Shown here: positions 21,453-30,187 of the stretch, in pieces | Layout of the letters: each line of letters begins with the position of its first letter | Position numbering within the stretch: position 1 is the first letter of the stretch | DNA from: Parcubacteria group bacterium GW2011_GWA2_43_13 | GTDB lineage: Bacteria > Patescibacteriota > Patescibacteriia > UBA9629 > GWA2-43-13 | Assembly (NCBI GenBank): GCA_000999025.1 | Contig: LCFM01000005.1 | Location: 71,087-135,086 of the forward strand | DNA: 64,000 nucleotides | Direction of reading: 5' to 3' | The notes under the pieces: generated by a model | What the model was told of the DNA's origin: nothing | What the model saw: only the letters and a program-made list of their open reading frames with translations | Databases searched by the model: none | Translations under genes and position numbers: made by a program

Positions 21453-22695
21453 ATGAGACGTTTCTCATATCTCGGATTGGCGCTCGTATTCGTCGTCGGG
21501 CTGGCCGGGTGCTGGCCCGACTCTGACATTGACAACACCGAAGTGCCGACCGGTCCGCTCACGCTCAAGGTAGACACCAAGAGCGTTGAGCAGATTGCGT
21601 CGCTCATGCAGAGTGGTGCGCTTGCGGCACCGCCTGCGCGGCCTACGAAAGTCAAGGCGACAACGCGTTGGTTTGACAACGCGAATGTTCGCCAATCGGC
21701 ACAATCAGAGGCGAGCATCGGCGAGCTGATTACAGTCGCTCGCCCCCTCGACCGTTCCTATATCGTCAATGTCGCCGACATGGACAACCGGTCACTGACC
21801 GGGATTGTTCGTATGGCGACTCGGGATGGGCTTCCGAAAGCCGTAATCCCGCAACGCGCTTTTCTTCCGATGATGGAAGGGTTGGTGGTCGCAGAGAAGG
21901 TGGACGGTTCGTTCGACTTCCCTACGGCGCCGATCCAACCAGTCGTTGGTACTGGCGTTGACGGGAAAATCTTCATCCTCGAGTTCGAGGTTGAGGTTCC
22001 TGTCGCGACGGTTACCGCCGGCGGAAACGCGGACACGTTGGTCGCGAGCGCGACCGTGTCCCACGCTCTCGGCGATTCTAGATGCGAAAATTCGGGTTCG
22101 GGTACTCGGCACACGCGACGACGCTGGCGTGATCACGGTGGCCACAGGGGAGTGGGTTACTCTCCCCAAAGTGGACGCTACGATCACTGTGTCTATGGCG
22201 TGGGCGAATGGGGTGATCGTCCCTACGCCTGTAACTCCTGTTTCCGGATTCCGCTGGGAGCTGATCCAAGGCGCCCTCGATCTGCTTTACGCGGCAGATG
22301 GGGGCGGAGGAACTCCCAATCCTCCTACTGGAGGTGCCACTATCGAGGACATCGGCGGAAAATGGCAGATTGCAGGGATCACTGGGGCCGGCAATCTGGG
22401 CAAGAACGTCGCGATGTCCGAGGTTTTGCAGGTTGAGGTGATGTGGAAGGCGGATCCGACCGCTAACCCAACCCTCATCCCTGCGACATTCGCAGTCGGA
22501 GTTGACGGGAAACTGTCAGCGACGACTGCCGATATCGTCCCGCGAGGAGGGGTCGGGAACTTTCGATTCTACCTCAAAGACGGATCGCAAGCGTGGTTGA
22601 ACCGGGATTCGGTAACGAAGATCGGTGCGATACGTTTCGCGAATGTCGGTGGGGTGGAAGGGTTCGCAACCCCCTTGACTAACTCTCACGAATGA
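21453..22695 (+). pseudogene. Lipoprotein gene split by a +1 frameshift near 22060
   Basis: SD AAGGAG; lipobox LAGC; frame of 21453 reads naturally to ...ASATVS, then frame of ORF 21946-22695 continues (TLSAILDAK...). Confidence 0.65.
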
Positions 22696-23408
22696 AAGGG
22701 TGTGTCGTGAAAGTAAGGATTCTCGCGCTCATGTTCACGTTCGTCGTCGGGCTGGCCGGATGTTGGCCCGGAGCGGACACGCCGTCCGCCCCGCCGATTG
22801 ACGACGGCGGATCCGGCGGGGACAACAGCGACGGATCCGGTGGGGGAGGTGGCGTCATCGTTGGAGACAACGACGCCGCTGAGCTTGCCGGATTCGAAAA
22901 AACTTTCGGGACAGAAACCACGTCGGTGTTCGTGTCGTCATCCGACGGCATGGACACCAGGAGCTATGGCCAATGGCGGAAGGATTCCGCATTTGGTGCC
23001 CCCGCGGCATCTCGGGCTGAGATCGAATCCGTCATCGCGGCCGGTGTCTCTGTCGGGCTCCGGATTGCCGGACCCGACGGCAAGCAGACCGCGACGACCC
23101 CGGCAGGGATCGTTTCATGGTTCCCTGGTGACCGGATGGTCGTCAAGACCTCCGGAATCACCGGCGAGCCCATCGAGACGAAGTATTTGCGCGGGGGGCT
23201 CGAGATTGACCCCGCCACCCGAGTTGGGGAAGGAGCAAACTTTGTCGTCTACCAAAAGGGTAGCGGCCAAGTGCTGTACTGGCTCCTCCTCCACGGCGAT
23301 CCGGATAAACCGGTGCCGTACTTCCGCATCTTCGGCGCGGCGGATTGGATGATCTCCAACCGCAGTGTCGCGGGCAAGCTGGAGTACGGATTCTTTAAGC
23401 GAGAATGA
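22692..23408 (+). CDS. Putative lipoprotein, paralogous signal peptide to 21453 (start may be GTG 22707)
   Basis: FVVGLAGCWP identical in both genes; Gly/Asp linker. Confidence 0.7.
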   Translation: MKGCVVKVRILALMFTFVVGLAGCWPGADTPSAPPIDDGGSGGDNSDGSGGGGGVIVGDNDAAELAGFEKTFGTETTSVFVSSSDGMDTRSYGQWRKDSAFGAPAASRAEIESVIAAGVSVGLRIAGPDGKQTATTPAGIVSWFPGDRMVVKTSGITGEPIETKYLRGGLEIDPATRVGEGANFVVYQKGSGQVLYWLLLHGDPDKPVPYFRIFGAADWMISNRSVAGKLEYGFFKRE

Positions 23409-23429
23409 CGCAACGTCATCTCTCACATC

Positions 23430-23488
23430 AACCCGTTCAACTGTGTGCTGAAAACGTTCAGTATTACAGTTGACGGGTTTATTTTTTT
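23430..23488 (+). terminator. Long hairpin terminator closing the GC-rich island
   Basis: aacccgttcaactgtgtgctgaa-aacg-ttcagtattacagttgacgggtt + tattttttt. Confidence 0.75.
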
Positions 23489-23551
23489 ATTGTATAATAT
23501 TTTGTTTTACATGGCCTCCTCAATCCTTCCTTTCGAGAGGATGTAGGGGGT

Positions 23552-23607
23552 GTAGAGACGTGGCGGTGCCACGTCTTGTCGGAGACGTCCCATCGGGACG
23601 TCTCTAC
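23552..23607. repeat. GTAGAGACG REP-like doublet (intergenic, 56 bp)
   Basis: gtagagacg-N11-cgtct-N6-agacg-N11-cgtctctac, same architecture as the ychF copy. Confidence 0.9.
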
Positions 23608-23616
23608 ATACAAAAT

Positions 23617-25206
23617 ATGTCTTCATTTTTTAAAATATATTGGCAGTGGATTGCTATAGGGTTGGTCGCGTCTGGAGGAGTTGTATTGATAGGAGGGAAA
23701 ACAGCTCTTATTGTTTTTGTGTTGGTTGTTATTTCCGCCACACTGTTTATCAAACCAATGTGGCTGATGTATCTATTAGTGCCGTCGCTGTTTTTAGAAG
23801 CAGAGCAGTTTTCAATTTATTTTGGCAACTGGCGTGGGCGCGGGTATCATTTTTTGATTGGAGTGTTGGTTGTGAGGATGGTTTGGGAATTTATAAGCAA
23901 GAGAATAACACCTTCCGCCCCTTCGGGGCACCTTCCTCAAGGAAGGAGCCGTCGAATCCCCTCTCGAGAGGGGGTAGGGGGTGTGTCTGGGTTGGACAAG
24001 GCGTTGATTGCGTTTTTGTCAGTGCAGGCGGTTGCGATTTTGGTTTCGCCTGATAAAATGTTCAGCATAAAAATTTGGGTATTGCAGGTGTTACTTACCC
24101 TGCTGTTTTGGTGTGTTCGATATTTTGTCAAAACATCCACAGAATGGAAACGTTTGCTGAATATCTTTTTAATATCAAGCGTTGTTGAGGCGTTAATCGG
24201 GTTTTGGCAAGTGTTTGCGTTTTATCTTCAAAAAACAACTGGCATAGTTGTGCGCTGGGGAGAGGTGTTTCACGCGCAGATTTTGCAATTTGGTAGGCCG
24301 TACGGCACATTTGTTGAAGCGGACTGGTATGGCGCGTTTATGGCAATTCCATTGATGATGAGTGTTGTTTTGATGGCAGGCGCGCAGTCGAAAAAAACGC
24401 GTGCAGTGTATGGGGTATTAGGTATGGTTTTTGGTATTGCAGTAATCATCTCCGGTGTGCGTGCTGCATGGATCGCGGTGATTGTTGCGAGTGTAGTTGG
24501 TGTGTTTGTGTTGCGGGGCACGAATGGGGCACGAACCCGCCGAATCGGTGGGCGAATACCTCACCCCCCCCCTCTCCTTGTAAAGGAGAGGGGGACGACG
24601 ACACCTCCCTCCCTCCCTCCTCAAGGAGGGAAGATGTCGCATGTATTATACGGAGAGTATAAGCATTTGGTGGGGTTAGGCAGTGTGTGCGCTTTGGTTA
24701 TTGTGGTTCTACTCGCAATAGCATCGCCTACATGGGTTGGGCAGATCGGCGAACGATTTATTAGTATATTTAACCCTTCTACATGGGCGCATGAGCCGCG
24801 GGTCGCGACAACTCAAAAGGCGTTTGAATTGATTGCGCAATCGCCGATTATTGGTCATGGTCCGGGTAGTTATAAAATTTTAGGGATTGTGCCTGATGTT
24901 GATTCATCGCAGTATGATTATTATGGCGTTTATCCGTATTTGACGAATTATTTTTTAACGGTGTTGCATGATTCAGGTATTATCGGTTTTGCTGTGTTTT
25001 TGTGGTTGTTGTGGGAAGGGGTGAAGTTTAGGGCAAGATCTTATAAAGGAGAGGGGGCGGCGGTTGTGATGGGGGTGGTGGTGCTGATGATTGCATATTT
25101 GATTACAACCGGGTTTTGGTTGGGAATGACATGGTTTTTGTTTGCTTTATTATGCACAAATAGCTCACGAACCCGCCGAATCGGCGGGCGAATGGCTCAC
25201 GAATGA
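23617..25206 (+). CDS. O-antigen ligase/Wzy_C family membrane protein with three repeat-derived segments
   Basis: Multi-TM, RPYGTF, SGVRAAW, PIIGHGPGSY, NYFLTVLHDSGIIG. Confidence 0.88.
   Translation: MSSFFKIYWQWIAIGLVASGGVVLIGGKTALIVFVLVVISATLFIKPMWLMYLLVPSLFLEAEQFSIYFGNWRGRGYHFLIGVLVVRMVWEFISKRITPSAPSGHLPQGRSRRIPSREGVGGVSGLDKALIAFLSVQAVAILVSPDKMFSIKIWVLQVLLTLLFWCVRYFVKTSTEWKRLLNIFLISSVVEALIGFWQVFAFYLQKTTGIVVRWGEVFHAQILQFGRPYGTFVEADWYGAFMAIPLMMSVVLMAGAQSKKTRAVYGVLGMVFGIAVIISGVRAAWIAVIVASVVGVFVLRGTNGARTRRIGGRIPHPPPLLVKERGTTTPPSLPPQGGKMSHVLYGEYKHLVGLGSVCALVIVVLLAIASPTWVGQIGERFISIFNPSTWAHEPRVATTQKAFELIAQSPIIGHGPGSYKILGIVPDVDSSQYDYYGVYPYLTNYFLTVLHDSGIIGFAVFLWLLWEGVKFRARSYKGEGAAVVMGVVVLMIAYLITTGFWLGMTWFLFALLCTNSSRTRRIGGRMAHE
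23908..23986 (-). repeat. Composite CCCCTCTC element in frame inside O-antigen ligase
   Basis: Encodes TPSAPSGHLPQGRSRRIPSREGVGGV. Confidence 0.85.
24515..24633. repeat. Stacked CACGAAT + CCCGCCGAATCGGYGGG + CCTCACCC/CCCTCC repeats in frame inside O-antigen ligase
   Basis: Encodes GTNGARTRRIGGRIPHPPPLLVKERGTTTPPSLPPQGGK. Confidence 0.85.
25154..25206. repeat. CACGAAT tandem with nested CCCGCCGAATCGGCGGG forming the ligase C-terminus and stop
   Basis: gcacaaatagctcacgaa-cccgccgaatcggcggg-cgaatggctcacgaatga. Confidence 0.8.
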
Positions 25207-25214
25207 GATGACAT

Positions 25215-26549
25215 ATGAAGATTTTACAAATAGATAAATTTTATTATCCAAAATACGGCACTGGAAAACATGTGTTTACTTTGACGCGGGAATTAGAAAA
25301 ACAGGGCCATACGGTGATTCCTTTTAGCATGGAGGATGAAAAAAACGAACCAACGCCGTGGTCAACGTATTTTGTAAGCAATGTTGATGTTTCAAAAATA
25401 TCGTTTTCCTGGAAAGGAATAAAAATCGCGTTTCGTATGATCTATTCATTTGGGGCGCGAAGGAAAATTCGGGAATTGATAGAAAAGGAAAAACCAGACA
25501 TCGCGCATATCCATTTAATTCATCACCATATCTCTCCATCCATTTTATATGAATTAAAAAAACAAGGCATTCCGATTGTGCAAACAGTGCATGATTATAA
25601 ATTGATTCATCCGAATTATTTTATGTGGTGCAATAACGCGCCATGTGAAAAAGTTCGTAAACATCGGTGGAATAAATTGATTTTTCATCGTTGTATGAAG
25701 CATTCGTTGGTCGGGTCAATCTGGCTTGGGATTGAGACCACGATCCATGCTCTTATAGGTGCGTATAAAAAGAGCATTGATGTGTGGATTGCGCCGAGTG
25801 AATTTGTCAAGCGGATGTTGGTGGAGGGTGGGTATCCGGAGGAGAAGATTGTGGTGTTGCCGCATGCCTTGGATATGCACGAATTACTCACGAATGATTA
25901 CGAATTGCGTACAAATAACACCTCCCTTCGTCCCTCCTCAAGGAGGGAGCCCAGTGTTCCCCCTCTCAGAGAGGGGGGAGGGGGTGTGTCAGGGGTGGAT
26001 GGGTATTTGTTGTTTTTTGGACGTTTGTCTCCAGAAAGGGGGGTTGATCGGTTGTTGGATGCTTTGAAAGAAATGCCAGATATGCCGTTGATTATTGCGG
26101 GCGATGGCGAAATGGGAGCGCAACTTAAAGACCAAGTAAAAAAGAATGGACTGCGGAATGTTGAATTTGTTGGATATAAAAGCGGGCAAGAATTAAAACA
26201 GTTGATTCATAATGCACGGGCTGTGGTGGTGCCAACTCTTTCACACGAAATTTTTGGTATGTCCGCATTGGAGGCAATGGCATTAGGCAAGCCGATTATC
26301 GCATCACATAGAGGGGCATTGCCTGAATTAGTTGAGAATGGTAAAAATGGCTGGCTGATTGATCCTGAAAACAAAGATGAATTTCGTATGGCGCTTAAAG
26401 AATGTATGAGTCGTGATGATCTTATTGAACAGTTTGGCAGGGCATCTCAACAGAAAGTAAAAGAGTTGACAATTAATAAATATTGTGCCAAAATAGTCGG
26501 TTGTTATTCAGAGTTAATTACAGCAAAATATGGCAGAGAATCATCATAA
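25215..26549 (+). CDS. Glycosyltransferase family 4 with in-frame repeat insertion
   Basis: TVHDYKLI, FGRLSPERG, EIFGMSALEAMALGKP. Confidence 0.92.
   Translation: MKILQIDKFYYPKYGTGKHVFTLTRELEKQGHTVIPFSMEDEKNEPTPWSTYFVSNVDVSKISFSWKGIKIAFRMIYSFGARRKIRELIEKEKPDIAHIHLIHHHISPSILYELKKQGIPIVQTVHDYKLIHPNYFMWCNNAPCEKVRKHRWNKLIFHRCMKHSLVGSIWLGIETTIHALIGAYKKSIDVWIAPSEFVKRMLVEGGYPEEKIVVLPHALDMHELLTNDYELRTNNTSLRPSSRREPSVPPLREGGGGVSGVDGYLLFFGRLSPERGVDRLLDALKEMPDMPLIIAGDGEMGAQLKDQVKKNGLRNVEFVGYKSGQELKQLIHNARAVVVPTLSHEIFGMSALEAMALGKPIIASHRGALPELVENGKNGWLIDPENKDEFRMALKECMSRDDLIEQFGRASQQKVKELTINKYCAKIVGCYSELITAKYGRESS
25877..25989. repeat. CACGAAT tandem plus composite CCCCTCTC element in frame inside GT4
   Basis: Encodes HELLTNDYELRTNNTSLRPSSRREPSVPPLREGGGGV. 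Confidence 0.85.
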
Positions 26550-27717
26550 AAAACGTAAAATTCGTATTGCAATTATGGGCCATCGGGGCATTCCATGCCG
26601 GTATGGCGGTTTTGAGACGTTTGCGGAACAAGCGGCTGTTCGGTTTGTCCGCATGGGGTATGATGTTCGGGTGTATAACCGTTCCCATAATGGCGATTAT
26701 CGTCGGACTTCATATAAAGGCGCAAAAATGATTTATTTGCCAACAGTGAAGAATAAATATTTTGACACATGGATACACTCTTTGTTGTCTGTATTGCATG
26801 CGTTGGTATTTCGCGTAGATGTTATTTTAATGGTGAACGTGGGGAATGCGCCGTTTACCGTGATCCCTCGAATGTTTGGCACGCCGGTTGTGCTGAATGT
26901 TGACGGATTGGAGTGGCAAAGGCGTAAATGGGGGCGGTTGGCGCGGTGGTATTTTTTATTGTGCGAAAAAATGGCTTTGGTTTTCCCTAATACAATTGTG
27001 ACTGATGCACAGGCCATTCGGGATTATTACAAAGAACGGTATGGAAAAGAATCAGTCATGATCCCGTATGGCGCTGAAGTGAGACGAAAGAACAACGCGA
27101 AAGTTTTGAAAAAATATGGATTAATTGCTGGAAAGTATTTTTTGTATGTCAGTCGTTTTGAACCAGAAAATAACGCGCTTGAGGTGCGTGAGGCGTTTGA
27201 AGACGTTTATACTCACATGCCTTTGGTTATGGTTGGAGATGCTCCGTATGCGCAAGAATATGTAAAAAGCGTTCGAGATACAAATGACGAACGTATCCAT
27301 TTTACTGGATTTGTATTTGGTAATGATTATAAAGTGTTACAGCAAAATGCGTATGCGTTTATTCAGGCAACTGAAGTCGGAGGAACTCATCCGGCATTAA
27401 TAGAAGCGATGGGGTATGGAAATTGCGTGCTGGTGCTGAATACGCCGTCAAACAGCGAAGTCGCAGGGGACTCGTGCATATTATTTGAGCAGGAAGAAGG
27501 GGATACGCAGGATTTGGTTCGCAAGCTCCAATGGGTGAGCGATAACCCTGATATTGTGAATCGGTATCGCAAAAAAGCGCAAGAGCGAATTCGCGAAGTG
27601 TACAGTTGGGATGCTGTGATTATTCAATACAGTGAATTGTTTCTTTCGTTATTGAGTAAAAAGATGATAAATCGGATACGAGCAACTGTATCCGGGGTCG
27701 CGCATAAATCGTTTTGA
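26530..27717 (+). CDS. Glycosyltransferase family 4 (DUF1972/RgpA-like)
   Basis: GHRGIPCRYGGFETF, NVDGLEWQRRKW, SRFEPENN, GGTHPALIEAMG. Confidence 0.9.
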   Translation: MAENHHKKRKIRIAIMGHRGIPCRYGGFETFAEQAAVRFVRMGYDVRVYNRSHNGDYRRTSYKGAKMIYLPTVKNKYFDTWIHSLLSVLHALVFRVDVILMVNVGNAPFTVIPRMFGTPVVLNVDGLEWQRRKWGRLARWYFLLCEKMALVFPNTIVTDAQAIRDYYKERYGKESVMIPYGAEVRRKNNAKVLKKYGLIAGKYFLYVSRFEPENNALEVREAFEDVYTHMPLVMVGDAPYAQEYVKSVRDTNDERIHFTGFVFGNDYKVLQQNAYAFIQATEVGGTHPALIEAMGYGNCVLVLNTPSNSEVAGDSCILFEQEEGDTQDLVRKLQWVSDNPDIVNRYRKKAQERIREVYSWDAVIIQYSELFLSLLSKKMINRIRATVSGVAHKSF

Positions 27718-27727
27718 TAGCGGTTAT

Positions 27728-27756
27728 AGAGAGACGCCCCAGGGGGGCGTCTCTAC
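27728..27756. repeat. GTAGAGACG REP-like palindrome supplying the folD stop codon
   Basis: agagagacgccccaggggggcgtctctac; minus-strand gTAG is the folD stop (27753-27755). Confidence 0.85.
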
Positions 27757-28658
27757 GGTTTTGTGATATTGAGACAATTATTCATAGTATTTTTAAGGAG
27801 AAGTGCTACTGTAACCGGACCGACACCGCCAGGTACTGGAGTGATCGCTCCTGCGTGCTTTTTTAGTGATTCAATATCAGCATCTCCTTTAATTGCCGTA
27901 GTTCCGTTATGTTCAATTCTACTAATGCCAACATCAATAATAATGGCATCTTTTTTTGTATATTCTTTTGTGAGAATATGAGGTTTTCCAAGAGCGATGA
28001 TAAGAATATCGTACTGCACACATTTTTTATTCAGCTCTGTAAAATGGTCTGCTTTAATGTTTTGGCGCGAGAGGAGGGTGGCAAGGGGAATAAACAGAAT
28101 ATCTGATTTGCACATAATTGCGGCGGATAACGGCACATCCTTACGCCTCTGGAGAGGGGATACGTCTCCCTTTCCTTTATAAGGAGAGTCCGCGAGCTGG
28201 CGGAGGGGTGAGGTGTTAAGCACATTTTGTAAACATTCCACCACACTCATCACGGTAACTGGTTGCGGGAAGGAAGGGTCTCCTAAGTGTTTGATATTTT
28301 CCGGATGAAATCCGTCTGCATCTTTATCCGGACGAATGCGTTGAATAAGTGTATCAGGATTAAGATGCCCTGGAAGTGGGAGTTGAACAATAATGCCGTG
28401 AATATCAGAGTCATTATTGAGAAAATCAATGCATTCTATGATATCATCTTGGCTATCAGTTGCTTTGAATCGGTACAGATGCGGGGTAATGCCTGCTTTA
28501 TCTGCTGTGTGAATTTTTCTTTTTACATATATCTCTGATGAGGGATCATTGCCAATCAAAATAATCGCAAGTCCGGGAGTCACATTGCGTTCGACAATAG
28601 TGCGCCTGATATCGTGCAAAATATCAGACGCGATTTTTTTACCGTTGATGATGTACAT
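27753..28658 (-). CDS. folD: Methylene-THF dehydrogenase/cyclohydrolase with in-frame repeat insertion
   Basis: YVKRK, GIIVQLPLP, KDADGFHP, IDVGI, TPVPGGVGPVT. Confidence 0.93.
   Translation of the reverse strand: MYIINGKKIASDILHDIRRTIVERNVTPGLAIILIGNDPSSEIYVKRKIHTADKAGITPHLYRFKATDSQDDIIECIDFLNNDSDIHGIIVQLPLPGHLNPDTLIQRIRPDKDADGFHPENIKHLGDPSFPQPVTVMSVVECLQNVLNTSPLRQLADSPYKGKGDVSPLQRRKDVPLSAAIMCKSDILFIPLATLLSRQNIKADHFTELNKKCVQYDILIIALGKPHILTKEYTKKDAIIIDVGISRIEHNGTTAIKGDADIESLKKHAGAITPVPGGVGPVTVALLLKNTMNNCLNITKP
28134..28215 (-). repeat. CACCTCACCC element with nested CCGCCAGCT(C)GCGG in frame inside folD
   Basis: Encodes [27 protein letters not shown]; near-identical to intergenic 48626-48674. 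Confidence 0.85.
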
Positions 28659-28768
28659 AAAATGTAAAAATCAAAAAGTAAAAAGCAACATAACAATGCA
28701 AAATGTGAAAATACAAAGTATGCGTACTCTATTTACATTTTGATTTTTACACTTTCATTTCTGATTTT
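28659..28768. repeat. AT-rich heptamer inverted repeat (AAATGTAAAAATCAAAA...TTTTGATTTTT)
   Basis: Arms are approximate reverse complements; similar partial copy at about 39038-39090. Confidence 0.65.
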
Positions 28769-30058
28769 TTACAGTTCCTGATAGATTGGAAACCCTTGTG
28801 TGAGTTCTACTACTTTTGTTTTTATTTTCTCCTTCAAAGATGTGTTATGAATATCATGGAGAACGCCTGCAATGAGATTTGCGATAATTTCCATCTCTTC
28901 CTCTTTCATGCCTTGGGATGTGAGCGCTGGGGTGCCAAGACGGATGCCTGACGGATTAAATGGTTTTCTCGTATCAAATGGGATCATATTAAAGTTGGTG
29001 TAGATGCCACATTCAGCGAGCGCGTTTGCGCCGTCTTTCCCACCAATGCCGAGTGATGTACAGTCAATGAGCATGAGATGATTATCTGTCCCGCCGGACA
29101 CAAGCCGCAACCCTTGATGCATAAGTGTTTGTGCGAGCGTTTGAGCATTTTTAACAATCTGATGTTGGTATTCTTGAAATTCCGGTTTTTCTGCTTCGGC
29201 AAATGCCACTGCTTTTGCCGCGATGATATGTTCCAATGGGCCGCCTTGTAAGCCAGGAAACACAGTTGCATCAATAAGTTGAGCAAGAGTTTTTTCACTA
29301 TCAGGGTGGTAGTGTGTTTTTAAGCGATCTTCGATTCTTGATAGAATAATTGCGCTTCGCGGACCTCGAAGTGTTTTGGTGGTTGTTGTCATGACAATAT
29401 CATGAGATGAGACAGGATTGGGGTGATCGCCTGCAAGGCAGAGTCCGACAATATGCGAAATATCAGCCATGGCATACGCATTAATTTCCTTGGCAATATT
29501 TGCGAATGTTTCAAAATCAATGATACGCGGATAAGCAGTTGCGCCTGATAAAATCATTTTAGGTTTTTCTTTCAATGCCAATTGTCGCACTTCATCCATA
29601 TCAATCCGCTCGTTTTCTTGGCTCACTCCATAAGAGATAAATCGGTATGTTTTCCCTGAAAAATTAACAGGATTGCCATGCGTAAGATGGCCGCCATGCG
29701 CAAGATTCATGCCCATAATAGTATCACCTGGCTCAAGCACTGCGCTGTAACATGCCATATTTGCTCCGGATCCGGAATGGGGCTGTACATTGACATGTTC
29801 GGCATTGAATAATTTTTTTGCTCGGTCTATGGCGAGTTGTTCAATTGCATCAATATATTCATTGCCAGTGTAGTATCGTTTGCCTGGGTACCCTTCGGCG
29901 TATTTATTCGTGAGTACTGTTCCTGTGGCTTCCAGCACTGCTTGTGATGCAAAGTTTTCTGAAGGAATCATAACCAGGCCCTCGCGCTGGCGTTTGAGTT
30001 CTTTGTCTAATAGAGTGGCAACTTCTGGATCCTGTTGTCTAATGTGAGGGTATAACAT
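28769..30058 (-). CDS. glyA: Serine hydroxymethyltransferase
   Basis: PSENF, NKYAEGYPGKRYY, GGHLTHG, TTTKTLRGPR, GIRLGTPA. Confidence 0.98.
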   Translation of the reverse strand: MLYPHIRQQDPEVATLLDKELKRQREGLVMIPSENFASQAVLEATGTVLTNKYAEGYPGKRYYTGNEYIDAIEQLAIDRAKKLFNAEHVNVQPHSGSGANMACYSAVLEPGDTIMGMNLAHGGHLTHGNPVNFSGKTYRFISYGVSQENERIDMDEVRQLALKEKPKMILSGATAYPRIIDFETFANIAKEINAYAMADISHIVGLCLAGDHPNPVSSHDIVMTTTTKTLRGPRSAIILSRIEDRLKTHYHPDSEKTLAQLIDATVFPGLQGGPLEHIIAAKAVAFAEAEKPEFQEYQHQIVKNAQTLAQTLMHQGLRLVSGGTDNHLMLIDCTSLGIGGKDGANALAECGIYTNFNMIPFDTRKPFNPSGIRLGTPALTSQGMKEEEMEIIANLIAGVLHDIHNTSLKEKIKTKVVELTQGFPIYQEL

Positions 30059-30101
30059 AAAATTAAAGATGAAAAACAAAAAGTAAAAATGATGTATGTT
30101 G

Positions 30102-30187
30102 CCAAATGTCAAGTATCAAATTTCAGTTTTCAAATTATGGTACTTGGCGGAAATATTTGAAAACTGGCAACTGAAAATTGATATTTG
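30102..30187. repeat. Heptamer inverted repeat (TCAAATT/CAGTTTT family)
   Basis: tatcaaatttcagttttcaaat ... atttgaaaactggcaactgaaaattgata; same family as 36809-36886. Confidence 0.7.

Noticed and set aside
20690-23488. Prophage, integron or diversity-generating retroelement
   Set aside because: No integrase, reverse transcriptase, phage genes, attC-like series or TR/VR pair; the only duplication is the lipoprotein signal sequence.
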